Source of the DNA: an uncultured delta proteobacterium
Lineage (GTDB): Bacteria; Desulfobacterota; Binatia; UBA9968
Reading direction: 5' to 3'
NCBI GenBank assembly: GCA_963737905.1
Contig: CAVTUQ010000040.1
Span: forward strand, 1-64,000
Length of the DNA stretch: 64,000 nucleotides
Part shown: one piece after another, positions 28,919 to 38,813 of the stretch
Layout of the letters: each line of letters starts with the position of its first letter
Numbering within the stretch: position 1 is the first letter of the stretch
Translations under genes and position numbers: made by a program
The notes under the pieces: model-generated
Seen by the model: the letters and a program-made list of their open reading frames with translations, nothing else
Database searches by the model: none
What the model was told of the DNA's origin: nothing

Positions 28919-29383
28919 ATGGCGCGAATATCACTGAAGGTTAACGGTAAGTCGCAGGTCGTCGACGTTGATCCGGAAACGCCGCTGCTCTATGTATTGC
29001 GCGACGACTTGCAGCTCAACGGTCCCAAATTCGGCTGCGGTCTGGCCCAGTGCGGCGCTTGCACCGTGATCATGAACGGCAACGCGATTCGTTCCTGTGT
29101 GACCCTCGTCTCGGCAGCTCAGAATCAACCGGTGACGACTCTGGAAGGGTTAGGGTCCACCAAAAAGATGCACAAGATCCAGCAGGCTTTCGTCGATGAA
29201 CAGGCGCTGCAGTGCGGTTACTGCATCAACGGCATGATCATGACGAGTAAGGCGTTACTGGATAAGAATCCCAAGCCCAGCGATAGTCAGATCAAGGAAG
29301 CTTTAGCGGGAAACCTTTGTCGCTGCGGCACGCATACGCGCATTTTACGCGCGGTGAAGCGGGCCTCGGGACAGCAGGTTTGA
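28919..29383 (+). CDS. (2Fe-2S)-binding small subunit of a Mo-hydroxylase (CoxS/IorA-like), copy 1
   Basis: KFGCGLAQCGACTV, QCGYC, NLCRCGT; RBS AGGAGG. Confidence 0.95.
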   Translation: MARISLKVNGKSQVVDVDPETPLLYVLRDDLQLNGPKFGCGLAQCGACTVIMNGNAIRSCVTLVSAAQNQPVTTLEGLGSTKKMHKIQQAFVDEQALQCGYCINGMIMTSKALLDKNPKPSDSQIKEALAGNLCRCGTHTRILRAVKRASGQQV

Positions 29384-29397
29384 GGGAGGGAATAGCC

Positions 29398-31662
29398 ATG
29401 AATACTCTGGAACTTTCACGTAGACAGTTTCTCAAAGGCACCGGCGCGCTCATCGTCAGCTTCAATCTCTTTCCCCCGCCAGCCGACCTCTTCGCGCAAG
29501 CGACGGCGAGCGGAGAGCCCGATCCCACCCAGCTCGATTCCTGGCTCGCTATCGCACGAGACGGGAGCGTTACCGTCTTCAGTGGCAAGGTGGACCTTGG
29601 CACTGGGGTAGAAACGGCGCTGGCACAGATTGTGGCCGAGGAGCTAGACGTCCCCTTCAAACAGATCAAAATGATTGGATTGGATACTAGGAAGGCGATT
29701 GACCAGGGTATTACTGCGGGCAGCAGAACGATCGAAAGAGGAGGGCCGCAATTGCGTCAAGCGGCCGCCGCCGCACGCCAAGAACTATTAAAGCTCGCTG
29801 CCACCCGCCTCAGTGTACCCGCGGACGCGTTAACCGTGAAGGACGGCATCGTGAGTGTGGCCGGAAACCCAGCGAAAAAAGTCTCCTACGCCGAGCTCAT
29901 TGGCGGGAAACAATTCAATGTCAAAATTACCGCCACCGGCACAGGCTGGAATATGAAAGTCGCGCCGGAAGTTAAGGCGAAAAATGTGAAGGATTACAAG
30001 ATCGTCGGAACTTCGCAAAAACGTATCGAGCTGCCCGCCAAAGTCACCGGTGAGTTTACCTATGCCCATGACGTCCGCGTCTCCGGCATGTTGCATGGAC
30101 GTGTGGTTCGTCCCCCGACCATAACGTCGAAGCCTGCCAGCGTTGACGAAAGCACCGTTAAAAATATTCCTGGATTGGTAAAGGTCGTGCAAGAAGGGAG
30201 TTTCCTCGGCATCGTCTGTGAGACCGAATGGGCAGCGATTAAAGCCGCAAAGGCTTTGAAAGTTTCTTGGTCACAGCCCGCGACCAAGATGCCCGCCAAC
30301 CCGGAGGAGGTTTTTGCTTATATAAAAAACACCAAGAGTCTGCGCGACCAGGTAACCGTCAATAAAGGCAATCCGGATGCGGTACTGACTCAAGCGAATA
30401 AAACTTACGAAGCAACCTACCGCTGGCCGTTTCAATTGCATGGCATGATGGGTCCATCGTGCGCGGTCGCGGATGTCGGCAAAGACCAAGCGACAATCTA
30501 CACTGGAACCCAAGGTTCCTTTGAGACGCGCAAAGCCGTTGCCGAGTTACTGGGGTTCCCTGAACAGAACGTTCGCGTGCTGTACCGGGAGTCCTCCGGC
30601 AGTTACGGCCGAATGGGTGCCGACGATGTATCGGAAGATGCCGCCCTACTTTCGCGTGCGGTCGGCAAGCCGGTTCGCGTGCAATGGATGCGCGATGACG
30701 AACATGGATGGGAGCCCAAAGGTCCAGCGCAATTGGATATCGTCCGCGCCGGCATCGACGCAGAAGGCAAGATCATCGCCTGGGACTTTGCGGATCGGGG
30801 TTTACCGTTGACTGCTGCCTCGGGCCGAGGATTGCGCCTGCTCGCTTCGCGTCAAATCGGCATGAAACCCACGGCAGACGGCAACCCGAACGGCACCGCG
30901 GGCGGCGGCGAAATGTACGGGTTCGAAAATCAAAAGTGCGCGGCGCCGCTTGTACCATGGGTGCAAGCCGATGAGACGCCGTTGCGTACAGGTTACCTGC
31001 GCGCTCCCGGCGATATGGCTCGCTCCTTTGCTAGCGAATCCTTCATCGATGAAATCGCGGCAGACTTACGCATCGATCCCGTTCAGTTTCGCATGCGCTA
31101 TCTGGGGACCAACAAGCGTGGGGCCGAAGCATTGATTGCGGCGACGAAACAGGCCCGTTGGCAGGAGCGGCCTTCGCCTGGGCCAGGGTCGGGATCAAAG
31201 CTAACGGGACGAGGCGTCGCGATCTCAAATCGGGCGAACACGATTTGCGGCGCCGTCGCGGAAGTGGAAGTTGACAAAGCCACAGGCAATGTAACGGTTA
31301 ACCGCTTTACTCTTTCCCACGACTGTGGACTCATTATCAACCCCGATGGGCTGAAAAACCAAATCGAGGGAAATATCATTCAGGGCGTAAGCCGGGCGCT
31401 TATGGAAGAGGTCAAATTCGATGGATCCGGAATCAAGACTTTGGATTGGAGCACCTATCCGGTCATCAGATTTCCTGACGTTCCCGAAATCGAGATCGTA
31501 TTGATCAACCGCCCGGAGATGCCGGCCCTCGGCGGCGGCGAACCGTCCAGTGCTCCGATAGCAGCGGCCATCGCCAACGCAATCTTCGACGCCACCGGAG
31601 TACGCCTGCGTGAGGCGCCGTTCACGCCGGAGCGGGTGCTGGCGGGATTGAAGAAAGCGTGA
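29398..31662 (+). CDS. Molybdopterin-binding large subunit, xanthine oxidase family (IorB-like), Tat signal, copy 1
   Basis: SRRQFLK, GKVDLGTG, LRAPG, HDCG.IINPDG..NQIEG, GGGEP, ANAIFDATG.RLR. Confidence 0.92.
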   Translation: MNTLELSRRQFLKGTGALIVSFNLFPPPADLFAQATASGEPDPTQLDSWLAIARDGSVTVFSGKVDLGTGVETALAQIVAEELDVPFKQIKMIGLDTRKAIDQGITAGSRTIERGGPQLRQAAAAARQELLKLAATRLSVPADALTVKDGIVSVAGNPAKKVSYAELIGGKQFNVKITATGTGWNMKVAPEVKAKNVKDYKIVGTSQKRIELPAKVTGEFTYAHDVRVSGMLHGRVVRPPTITSKPASVDESTVKNIPGLVKVVQEGSFLGIVCETEWAAIKAAKALKVSWSQPATKMPANPEEVFAYIKNTKSLRDQVTVNKGNPDAVLTQANKTYEATYRWPFQLHGMMGPSCAVADVGKDQATIYTGTQGSFETRKAVAELLGFPEQNVRVLYRESSGSYGRMGADDVSEDAALLSRAVGKPVRVQWMRDDEHGWEPKGPAQLDIVRAGIDAEGKIIAWDFADRGLPLTAASGRGLRLLASRQIGMKPTADGNPNGTAGGGEMYGFENQKCAAPLVPWVQADETPLRTGYLRAPGDMARSFASESFIDEIAADLRIDPVQFRMRYLGTNKRGAEALIAATKQARWQERPSPGPGSGSKLTGRGVAISNRANTICGAVAEVEVDKATGNVTVNRFTLSHDCGLIINPDGLKNQIEGNIIQGVSRALMEEVKFDGSGIKTLDWSTYPVIRFPDVPEIEIVLINRPEMPALGGGEPSSAPIAAAIANAIFDATGVRLREAPFTPERVLAGLKKA

Positions 31663-31752
31663 ACACGGTCCTGGGAAGCGGGTACTTTGTCACGCTCTTC
31701 AAGCGCTTGCGCCGGGAAAAATCTAGCGTGGTCTCGTGCAACACAACGGCCG

Positions 31753-33774
31753 TCACTTGAGCCAGGTGAAAAGCAGCCCTTCAGGGAATGGGATCGACAG
31801 AAACCAGTCGAAGAGGCCATAAAAGAAAATCCATGACACCAAGGTCATAATGATGGTAATCGGCCATTTCTCGCGGCCGCCGAATTTAACGTGAAGAAAT
31901 AGGAGTATTGGTACAGCGAGAGTGAAGCCCAGTAACCATAGGGCTACATAATAGCCGAAAATCCAGCCGAGAATGCTCGCCGTCCGGCTGTGAACTATTG
32001 CTGGCGGCAGCTCTGCTCCTGCATCTTCTCCAACACCAACGGTACTGACCCGGGTTTTGCCAAGACAATCCATTGCGAGTTGCACAATTGCAAGGATGAG
32101 GCATGGGGTACCGATAACCCACGGGAAGAGCCCCGCCCGATATCCGAAGTTTCTACTTTCCCACAATGCCCACGCTATGATCAAAACCAGGAACCCGCTG
32201 AAGAGAATCGCTTTGACCGACCATTCTGCTGTTTTTTCTTCGATGACCGGAACCGGAGCCAAAACTTCTTTGACGGCTTGTCTATCTCTCTTTTGTATTT
32301 TCTTCTTGACGAAGGGATAAAAGATCCCCACCAAAGTTAGTACAAACAAGATCAGCACGCCTGGCCGATAGATCCAATGATAGCCATAGTTATCCGTAGA
32401 CAAGAACAGCCGATTTTCCATTACGGGTCCCAACACGAGCCCGAGAATGAGCGGGGGTCGTTGCCAGTCGAGTTTCTGCATGACCCAACCCAGCATTCCA
32501 AACACCAAAAAAACTCCCAAGTCCTCAAAGGCATTCTTCTCAGCAAAGGTACCCAGATAAACCAAGAGCAAAATAAGCGGCATCAACAAGGTGACCCTAA
32601 TTCTAGTGATCTTCGCGAGTTGCTTTAAGAACAGAAAACAGATCGCTACTGTGATCACATTGGATACGATGTTGATCCATACAAGGGAAAACGTGAGCGA
32701 GAGATGGCCTTTGGGTTCAGGCACTAGCATGTCCGGTCCTGGAACTATGCCTTGAACGATAAAGGCTCCGAGCAGGATCGCCGTACTAACGCTTCCAGGA
32801 ACACCGAAGGCAACCGTGGGTATCAACGCACCACCCAAGGTAGAGTTGTTGGCCGCTCCCGGGCCCAAGACTCCTTCAACGGCGCCCTTTCCGAAACGTT
32901 CCTTGTCCGGGGAGCTTTGAACGGCGTGGGCGTAGGCGATCCACTGGCTAACCGCGCCCCCCATGCCTGGTATCAGACCGATGTAGGTTCCTATGGCGCT
33001 GCAGCGGATCACCATCCAAAAATGTGTGAATGTATCTCTCACGCCCTGCATGACTCCGCCAAATTCGCTCACCTCCTGTTTGGAAATGCTTGTTCCCACA
33101 ATCGCGAGATCAATGATTTCCGGTATGGCGAAAAGGCCGATGGTGACCGGAACCAATCCGATGCCGTCCCAGAGGAATAGTTGTCCGAAAGTGTATCGCT
33201 GAATCCCGGAGATCGGATCGAGACCGATGGTGGCGAGCAAGTACCCGAATCCGCCGGAAATTAGACCCTTAAGTAAATTCTCTCCGCTCAGTGATGCGAC
33301 GAACGCCACGCCAAGAAGAGCCAACATAAAGAACTCCGGAGAACCGAACGTGAGCACAAGTGGGCGCACAATCGGCACAGCTAGTGCTAGCGCGAATGCT
33401 CCGACAGCGGCACCGATGAGTGAACTCATGAGAGCCGCGCCAAGCGCCCGTCCAGCTTCCCCTTTTCTTGCCATGGGGTGACCATCAACAATCGTCGCGG
33501 CGGTCGTGGGTTCGCCGGGCACGCCAAAGAGGATAGAAGTAATATCGCCGGTGGTATTGGTGACCGCAGACATTCCGAGAAGAAAAGCAAATGCTTGAAT
33601 GGCGTTCATCTTGAATATGAACGGGAGCATGAGGGCGAGCGTTGTCGGACCGCCAAGACCGGGGAGAATCCCCACCACAAATCCCGCGGCGATTCCAACG
33701 AGCATTAGCAAAAAGGTCGACCCGATGAAGAGTTGGGTGAGGCCTGCCACAAAAGCATTTGCGATATCGAGCAT
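31753..33774 (-). CDS. tctA: Tripartite tricarboxylate transporter permease TctA with fused TctB-like C-terminus
   Basis: GILPGLG, GVPGEP, DGHPMARKGEAGRAL, GVPGS; about 170 extra C-terminal aa with TM helices (AGLFPW, LLGF, IPFPEG). Confidence 0.88.
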   Translation of the reverse strand: MLDIANAFVAGLTQLFIGSTFLLMLVGIAAGFVVGILPGLGGPTTLALMLPFIFKMNAIQAFAFLLGMSAVTNTTGDITSILFGVPGEPTTAATIVDGHPMARKGEAGRALGAALMSSLIGAAVGAFALALAVPIVRPLVLTFGSPEFFMLALLGVAFVASLSGENLLKGLISGGFGYLLATIGLDPISGIQRYTFGQLFLWDGIGLVPVTIGLFAIPEIIDLAIVGTSISKQEVSEFGGVMQGVRDTFTHFWMVIRCSAIGTYIGLIPGMGGAVSQWIAYAHAVQSSPDKERFGKGAVEGVLGPGAANNSTLGGALIPTVAFGVPGSVSTAILLGAFIVQGIVPGPDMLVPEPKGHLSLTFSLVWINIVSNVITVAICFLFLKQLAKITRIRVTLLMPLILLLVYLGTFAEKNAFEDLGVFLVFGMLGWVMQKLDWQRPPLILGLVLGPVMENRLFLSTDNYGYHWIYRPGVLILFVLTLVGIFYPFVKKKIQKRDRQAVKEVLAPVPVIEEKTAEWSVKAILFSGFLVLIIAWALWESRNFGYRAGLFPWVIGTPCLILAIVQLAMDCLGKTRVSTVGVGEDAGAELPPAIVHSRTASILGWIFGYYVALWLLGFTLAVPILLFLHVKFGGREKWPITIIMTLVSWIFFYGLFDWFLSIPFPEGLLFTWLK

Positions 33775-34378
33775 CGTACTTCCTTTTTTTAGAGCTACCT
33801 CAAAAGTTGCTTGGCTATTCCTTATCAGGCATCCTTAAACTTCTTCCCAAACTGTAGGAATTGTTTACTGGCTGATAGGGATTGGTTTTGAGATTCAGCC
33901 ACTGTGAATCCAGAAATTGTTCGCGCCGACCGTCAGAAGACCCGCGTCCGATAACCAAAAATCCCAGAGCGGAGACCGAGTCGACCTCGCCCACAAATTG
34001 GAGGGGAGATTATTCGATAAGTTGGTCTTATGTCAACGTGAGAATGACTCTCGGTGGTGCAGACATATATAAAAAGAGGCGACAAGAAGCCCGGCAACAT
34101 CTTTGCCACATGCACCTCCATGTTCCTAAATCTAGATGTTCCTAAATAGATAGGAGCCGCGCTTGAGAAGTTTGATTTTAGCGTGTGCTCTCTCGGTGCA
34201 AGCATTGATGGTACGCTGCGTACAGGGATTGAGCAGGATGGGATTCTATCGGACACGCTACTTCTTCTTGTTGCGATCCTAAGCGCGGCCGTGATAAAGC
34301 GTGTCAATATTGAGAATCGTGTACCGCCAACAGGCCCAAGTGTTCGCGTTTCTTTTTCAGATCCACGAGGTTTTGGCG

Positions 34379-35395
34379 ATGAAGAGGAAGACTGATTCTC
34401 CGTGGCGTTTTATCACCGCCCGGATCGGTACGCCCATGCAGCGTAGCGTACCTATACTCCTCGTTTTGACGCTGGCGATCGTGGCGGCCACCGAGACACA
34501 CGCAGCGGCTCCACGGCCTTTGCGGATTGCATACCTGTTCACGTCAGGGACAATGGCGTCCATGTGGATGGCGAAGGAGACGGGAGGTTTCGCCAAAGAA
34601 GGGTTGGACGTCGAAATGATTTCGATGTCCTCGGTTCTCGCCCTGCCGGCGCTCATCGCCAACGAAGTCGATGTGATCCAAATCTCCGCAGTGCCACTGA
34701 TCAACGCGTCGCTGCGAGGCTCCGATGCGGTTTTCGTCGCGGGATTGCTCAACACAATGATCTGGGATTTATACGCCAGGCCGGAAATAAAGACCGCCGA
34801 GCAACTGAAAGGGAAAATCGTCGGCACGGAACGGCCTGGCAGCCCCGTTGCTTACGGCACACTGGTTGCGCTGCGCAAATTGGGACTCACGCCTAAAGAC
34901 GTTCAGCTTCGCATACTGGGCGGCAGTGCGCAGATCACTGCGGCACTACTGACCGGCCAGATTTCTGCCGGCGCCGCCGCGCCGCCAGTGAGTTTCCAGC
35001 TCGACCGGGCAGGATTTCATTCCTTGACTACTACGCTGGATCAGCCCTATCAAAACGTCGGCATCGTCGTCAGACGCGGTCGCATGGATGAATTGGCGGG
35101 CCGCCTGGTTTCTTTGTTGCGCTCGGTTCGCGCCGGGATCGACCGCTACTACAACGACAAAGCTTTCACGATGAAGGTCATCGCTAAATACACCAAGGAA
35201 AGCGATCCCGAGATTATCGACCGGACCTACGAATTTTATCGCAAAGCGGGTTTCAGGCGTGAACTGATGATTTCCGAGCCGGGAGTTCAGGGTATTTTGG
35301 ATTTTCTGTCGGAAGCCACACCAGAAGCAAAGAAAGCCGTGCCGGGACAATTCTTCGACGATCGCTTCGTCCGCCAGCTAAACAGCGGAAGATAG
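34379..35395 (+). CDS. NMT1/SsuA-type ABC substrate-binding protein
   Basis: WMAKETGGFAKEGLDVE, QLKGKIVG, LGLTPKDV; start uncertain (34379 or 34436). Confidence 0.87.
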   Translation: MKRKTDSPWRFITARIGTPMQRSVPILLVLTLAIVAATETHAAAPRPLRIAYLFTSGTMASMWMAKETGGFAKEGLDVEMISMSSVLALPALIANEVDVIQISAVPLINASLRGSDAVFVAGLLNTMIWDLYARPEIKTAEQLKGKIVGTERPGSPVAYGTLVALRKLGLTPKDVQLRILGGSAQITAALLTGQISAGAAAPPVSFQLDRAGFHSLTTTLDQPYQNVGIVVRRGRMDELAGRLVSLLRSVRAGIDRYYNDKAFTMKVIAKYTKESDPEIIDRTYEFYRKAGFRRELMISEPGVQGILDFLSEATPEAKKAVPGQFFDDRFVRQLNSGR

Positions 35396-35419
35396 AAGAG
35401 TTGAGGTAAAGATAAGCGC

Positions 35420-35899
35420 GTGAATCGCGAGTTGACGGTTGTCTTGCACCAACTGATCCACGGCAGGATGATCGCCGCGCTCGGGACGCTGCATCAAGGG
35501 ACACCGTTCGTATCTATGGTGCCCTATGCGGTCGCAAGTGATGGCAGTTTTGTCTTGCATGTGAGCCGGCTTGCCGCTCATACCCAGGACATGCTTGATC
35601 GCTCTGATGTGAGCTTGCTCATCACCGAATCGGAAGCATCGGGAAAAATGCCGCAGGAGCTGGCTCGTGTGACCGTGCAGGGACGAGCGGAAAAGCTCGA
35701 CCGTGACTCCCAAAAACACATCGATGCGCGAGAGATCTATCTCTCGCGGTTCCCGGATGCAGCATCGCTATTTGAATTTTCGGATTTCAACATTTTCATC
35801 ATCAAACCGGTTTCAGCCCGTGTCATCGCCGGATTCGGCCGAGCTGTCACTATAACCGGTGATGATTTAGCGATGTCTCCATCAGGCCAATTGAAATAG
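35420..35899 (+). CDS. Pyridoxamine 5'-phosphate oxidase-like / HugZ-family split-barrel protein
   Basis: GTPFVSMVPYA, HVSRLAAHT, VSLLI, ARVTVQG, FSDF, AGFGRA. Confidence 0.85.
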   Translation: MNRELTVVLHQLIHGRMIAALGTLHQGTPFVSMVPYAVASDGSFVLHVSRLAAHTQDMLDRSDVSLLITESEASGKMPQELARVTVQGRAEKLDRDSQKHIDAREIYLSRFPDAASLFEFSDFNIFIIKPVSARVIAGFGRAVTITGDDLAMSPSGQLK

Positions 35900-36022
35900 G
35901 TCTCTGAAGCGACTTGGGTCTCCGACCTTGTAAACGTTGCTTAATTTCACCAACGGGGATATTTTTGCATCACTCACCGAGGAAATTGGCATAAGCTTCG
36001 AGTCCAAGAAAAGGAGCGAACC

Positions 36023-36487
36023 ATGGCGCGAATTTCGCTCAAGGTTAACGGTAAAACGCAGATCGTGGATGTCGATCCGGAAACGCCGCTGCTCTATGTA
36101 TTGCGCGACGACTTGCAGCTCAACGGCCCCAAATTCGGCTGCGGCCTCGCCCAGTGCGGCGCTTGCACGGTGATCATGAACGGCAACGCGATTCGCTCCT
36201 GCGTGACTCTGGTTTCGGCCGCACAGAATCAGCCGGTGACGACTCTGGAAGGGTTAGGGTCCACCAAAAAGATGCATAAGATCCAGCAGGCTTTCGTCGA
36301 TGAACAGGCGCTGCAGTGCGGTTACTGCATCAACGGCATGATCATGACGAGTAAGGCGTTACTGGATAAGAATCCCAAGCCCACCGATAGTCAGATCAAG
36401 GAAGCTTTAGCCGGAAACCTTTGTCGCTGCGGCACGCATACGCGCATTTTACGCGCGGTGAAGCGGGCATCGGGACAGCAGGTTTGA
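36023..36487 (+). CDS. (2Fe-2S)-binding small subunit, copy 2
   Basis: Differs from 28919-29383 at only 3 of 154 aa. Confidence 0.95.
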   Translation: MARISLKVNGKTQIVDVDPETPLLYVLRDDLQLNGPKFGCGLAQCGACTVIMNGNAIRSCVTLVSAAQNQPVTTLEGLGSTKKMHKIQQAFVDEQALQCGYCINGMIMTSKALLDKNPKPTDSQIKEALAGNLCRCGTHTRILRAVKRASGQQV

Positions 36488-36501
36488 GAGGAGGAACCGA
36501 G

Positions 36502-38793
36502 ATGAAGACGGCGGAACTTTCGCGTAGGCAGTTTCTCAAGTCCACCGGCGCGCTGGTTGTCAGTTTCAATCTCTTTCCCCCGGCAGCCGATCTCTTTGCG
36601 CAAGCGACGGCGAGCGGAGAGCCCGATCCCACCCAGCTCGATTCCTGGATCGCTATACGCGAGGACGGGACGATAACCGTTTTTACCAGCAAAGTAGAAC
36701 TCGGTACCGGCATTGAAACCGCGCTGGCACAGATCGCGGCCGAAGAATTGGATGTTTCTTGGAGAAAAATCAAAGTCGATATGGGTGATACCGAAAAGAC
36801 CATCGACCAAGCGACAACCTCCGGCAGCCGCACCATCGAGCGCGCCGGACCGCAGATACGTCAGGCGGCCGCAGCAGCGCGCAAAGAGCTTTTGCGCCTG
36901 GCGTCGGAAAAGCTCGGCGCTCCTGCCGAGAAGCTCACCGTTCGAGACGGAGTGGTCGGCGTCACCGGCAATCCGTCTAAACGGATATCCTACGCGCAGT
37001 TGGTCGGCGGCAAGCGCTTCAATGTGACCATCCAAGCTCAGGGGAGGGCCGGTGAGCTCAAATTAGCCCAGGACGTCAAGCCTAAGGACCCGAAGGAATA
37101 CACTATTGTCGGGAAACCTGTGCCGCGCTTTGATCTACCGCCTAAAGTGACCGGTGAGGCAGTCTACGTCCACGACGTTCGCATTCCTGGTATGCTGCAC
37201 GGACGGGTGGTTCGGCCCCCGGTCGTAAACACCGAACCGACCACTATCGATCAAGGCTCCGTCCGCGGTATTCCCGGTGTAGTTATGGTCGTTCGCGAGG
37301 GAAAATTCGTTGGGGTCGTGGCAAAAACCGAAGCGGCCGCAATCAAAGCTTCACAGGCTCTCAAGGTAACGTGGTCAACCCCAAAGACCAAGATCCCCGC
37401 GAACACCGAAGAGCTGTATGCTTACTTGAAGAACACGAAGAGCTTTACCACATTGAGGGCGGCCGACAAAGGGAATCCAACGGCTGCACTGGCGAAGGCC
37501 AAGAAACAATACGAAGCCAGTTTCCGCTGGCCGTTCCAGATGCACGGCATGATCGGCCCGTCATGCGCAGTGGCCGACGTGCGTGGAGATAAAGCCACGA
37601 TTTGGTCGGGTTGCCAGGGACCTTTCCGGACCCGCGCATCCATCGCGACGCTCCTGAATATTCCGGAAAGAAACGTCCGCGTGATCTATCACGAAGCCTC
37701 CGGGTCCTATGGTCGTATGAGCAGCGACGATGGAGCCGAAGATGCCGCGCTTCTATCCCGAGCGGTGAGCGCGCCCGTGCGTGTGCAGTGGTCGCGCCAG
37801 GACGAACACGGCTGGGAACCCAAGGGCCCCGCGCAAACACAGATTTTGAAAGCCGGTGTCGATGATAAAGGTAAAATCATCGCCTGGGAGTTCACCGACT
37901 ACAGTTTTCCTTGGACCGTCTCTTCGATCACAACGCTGCTTGCATCAGAGCAAATCGGGATTAAATCAAAGACGCAAGGGTCGGGTAACGGGAACCAGGG
38001 GGGCGGCGAAATCTACGCTTTCGAAAATTCGAAGATCATCGCAGAAGAGATTCCCTGGCTCCAGCCGGAACCGTTTCCCTTGAGAACCAGCAATCTGCGC
38101 GCGCCGGGACAACTATCACGCTGCTTCGCCAGCGAAACACTCCTGAATGAAATCGCGTCGGACTTGGGCGTCGACCCGGTGGAATTCCGCTTGCGGTACC
38201 TGACCGGAGATCAGCGCGGCAGCGATGTCCTTAAGGCGGTGGCCGCAAAAGTTCAGTGGCAGAGGCGCCCCTCCCCTACTGCTACTTCGACCGAAGCGAT
38301 AGCGATCGGCAGAGGAATCGCAATGACACGGCGCACCGGTGGTTATGCTGCGACGGTGGCCGACGTTGAAGTTAACAAGTCCACGGGCAAGGTCACGGTT
38401 CAACGGGTTACCCTTGCTCATGACTGCGGCTTGATTGTTAACCCGGACGGCGTCAAGAACCAGGTCGAAGGAAACATTGTCCAAGGAGTTAGCCGCGCGC
38501 TATTTGAAGAAGTGGACTTTGACGCCTCAGGGGTCAGGAGCCTGGATTGGAACAGTTATCCGATCCTGAAGTTCCCCGATCTTCCAGAGCTCGATATCGT
38601 GCTGATCAATCGACCAGACGTGGCTTCGTTAGGCGCGGGCGAGCTGTCAACCGTTCCAATTCCGGCGGCCATTGCCAACGCAATCTTCGACGCGACCGGG
38701 ATTCGCCTCCGTGAAGTGCCATTCACGCCCAAACGGATTTTAGCGGGGCTTCAGCAGCAACCCATGACTTGTTTGAGTGGAAGTGGCAGCTAA
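36502..38793 (+). CDS. Molybdopterin-binding large subunit (IorB-like), Tat signal, copy 2
   Basis: SRRQFLK, KVELGTG, LRAPG, HDCG, GAGEL; RBS GAGGA. Confidence 0.92.
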   Translation: MKTAELSRRQFLKSTGALVVSFNLFPPAADLFAQATASGEPDPTQLDSWIAIREDGTITVFTSKVELGTGIETALAQIAAEELDVSWRKIKVDMGDTEKTIDQATTSGSRTIERAGPQIRQAAAAARKELLRLASEKLGAPAEKLTVRDGVVGVTGNPSKRISYAQLVGGKRFNVTIQAQGRAGELKLAQDVKPKDPKEYTIVGKPVPRFDLPPKVTGEAVYVHDVRIPGMLHGRVVRPPVVNTEPTTIDQGSVRGIPGVVMVVREGKFVGVVAKTEAAAIKASQALKVTWSTPKTKIPANTEELYAYLKNTKSFTTLRAADKGNPTAALAKAKKQYEASFRWPFQMHGMIGPSCAVADVRGDKATIWSGCQGPFRTRASIATLLNIPERNVRVIYHEASGSYGRMSSDDGAEDAALLSRAVSAPVRVQWSRQDEHGWEPKGPAQTQILKAGVDDKGKIIAWEFTDYSFPWTVSSITTLLASEQIGIKSKTQGSGNGNQGGGEIYAFENSKIIAEEIPWLQPEPFPLRTSNLRAPGQLSRCFASETLLNEIASDLGVDPVEFRLRYLTGDQRGSDVLKAVAAKVQWQRRPSPTATSTEAIAIGRGIAMTRRTGGYAATVADVEVNKSTGKVTVQRVTLAHDCGLIVNPDGVKNQVEGNIVQGVSRALFEEVDFDASGVRSLDWNSYPILKFPDLPELDIVLINRPDVASLGAGELSTVPIPAAIANAIFDATGIRLREVPFTPKRILAGLQQQPMTCLSGSGS

Positions 38794-38813
38794 ATTGCAC
38801 GACCGCGGCGCGC

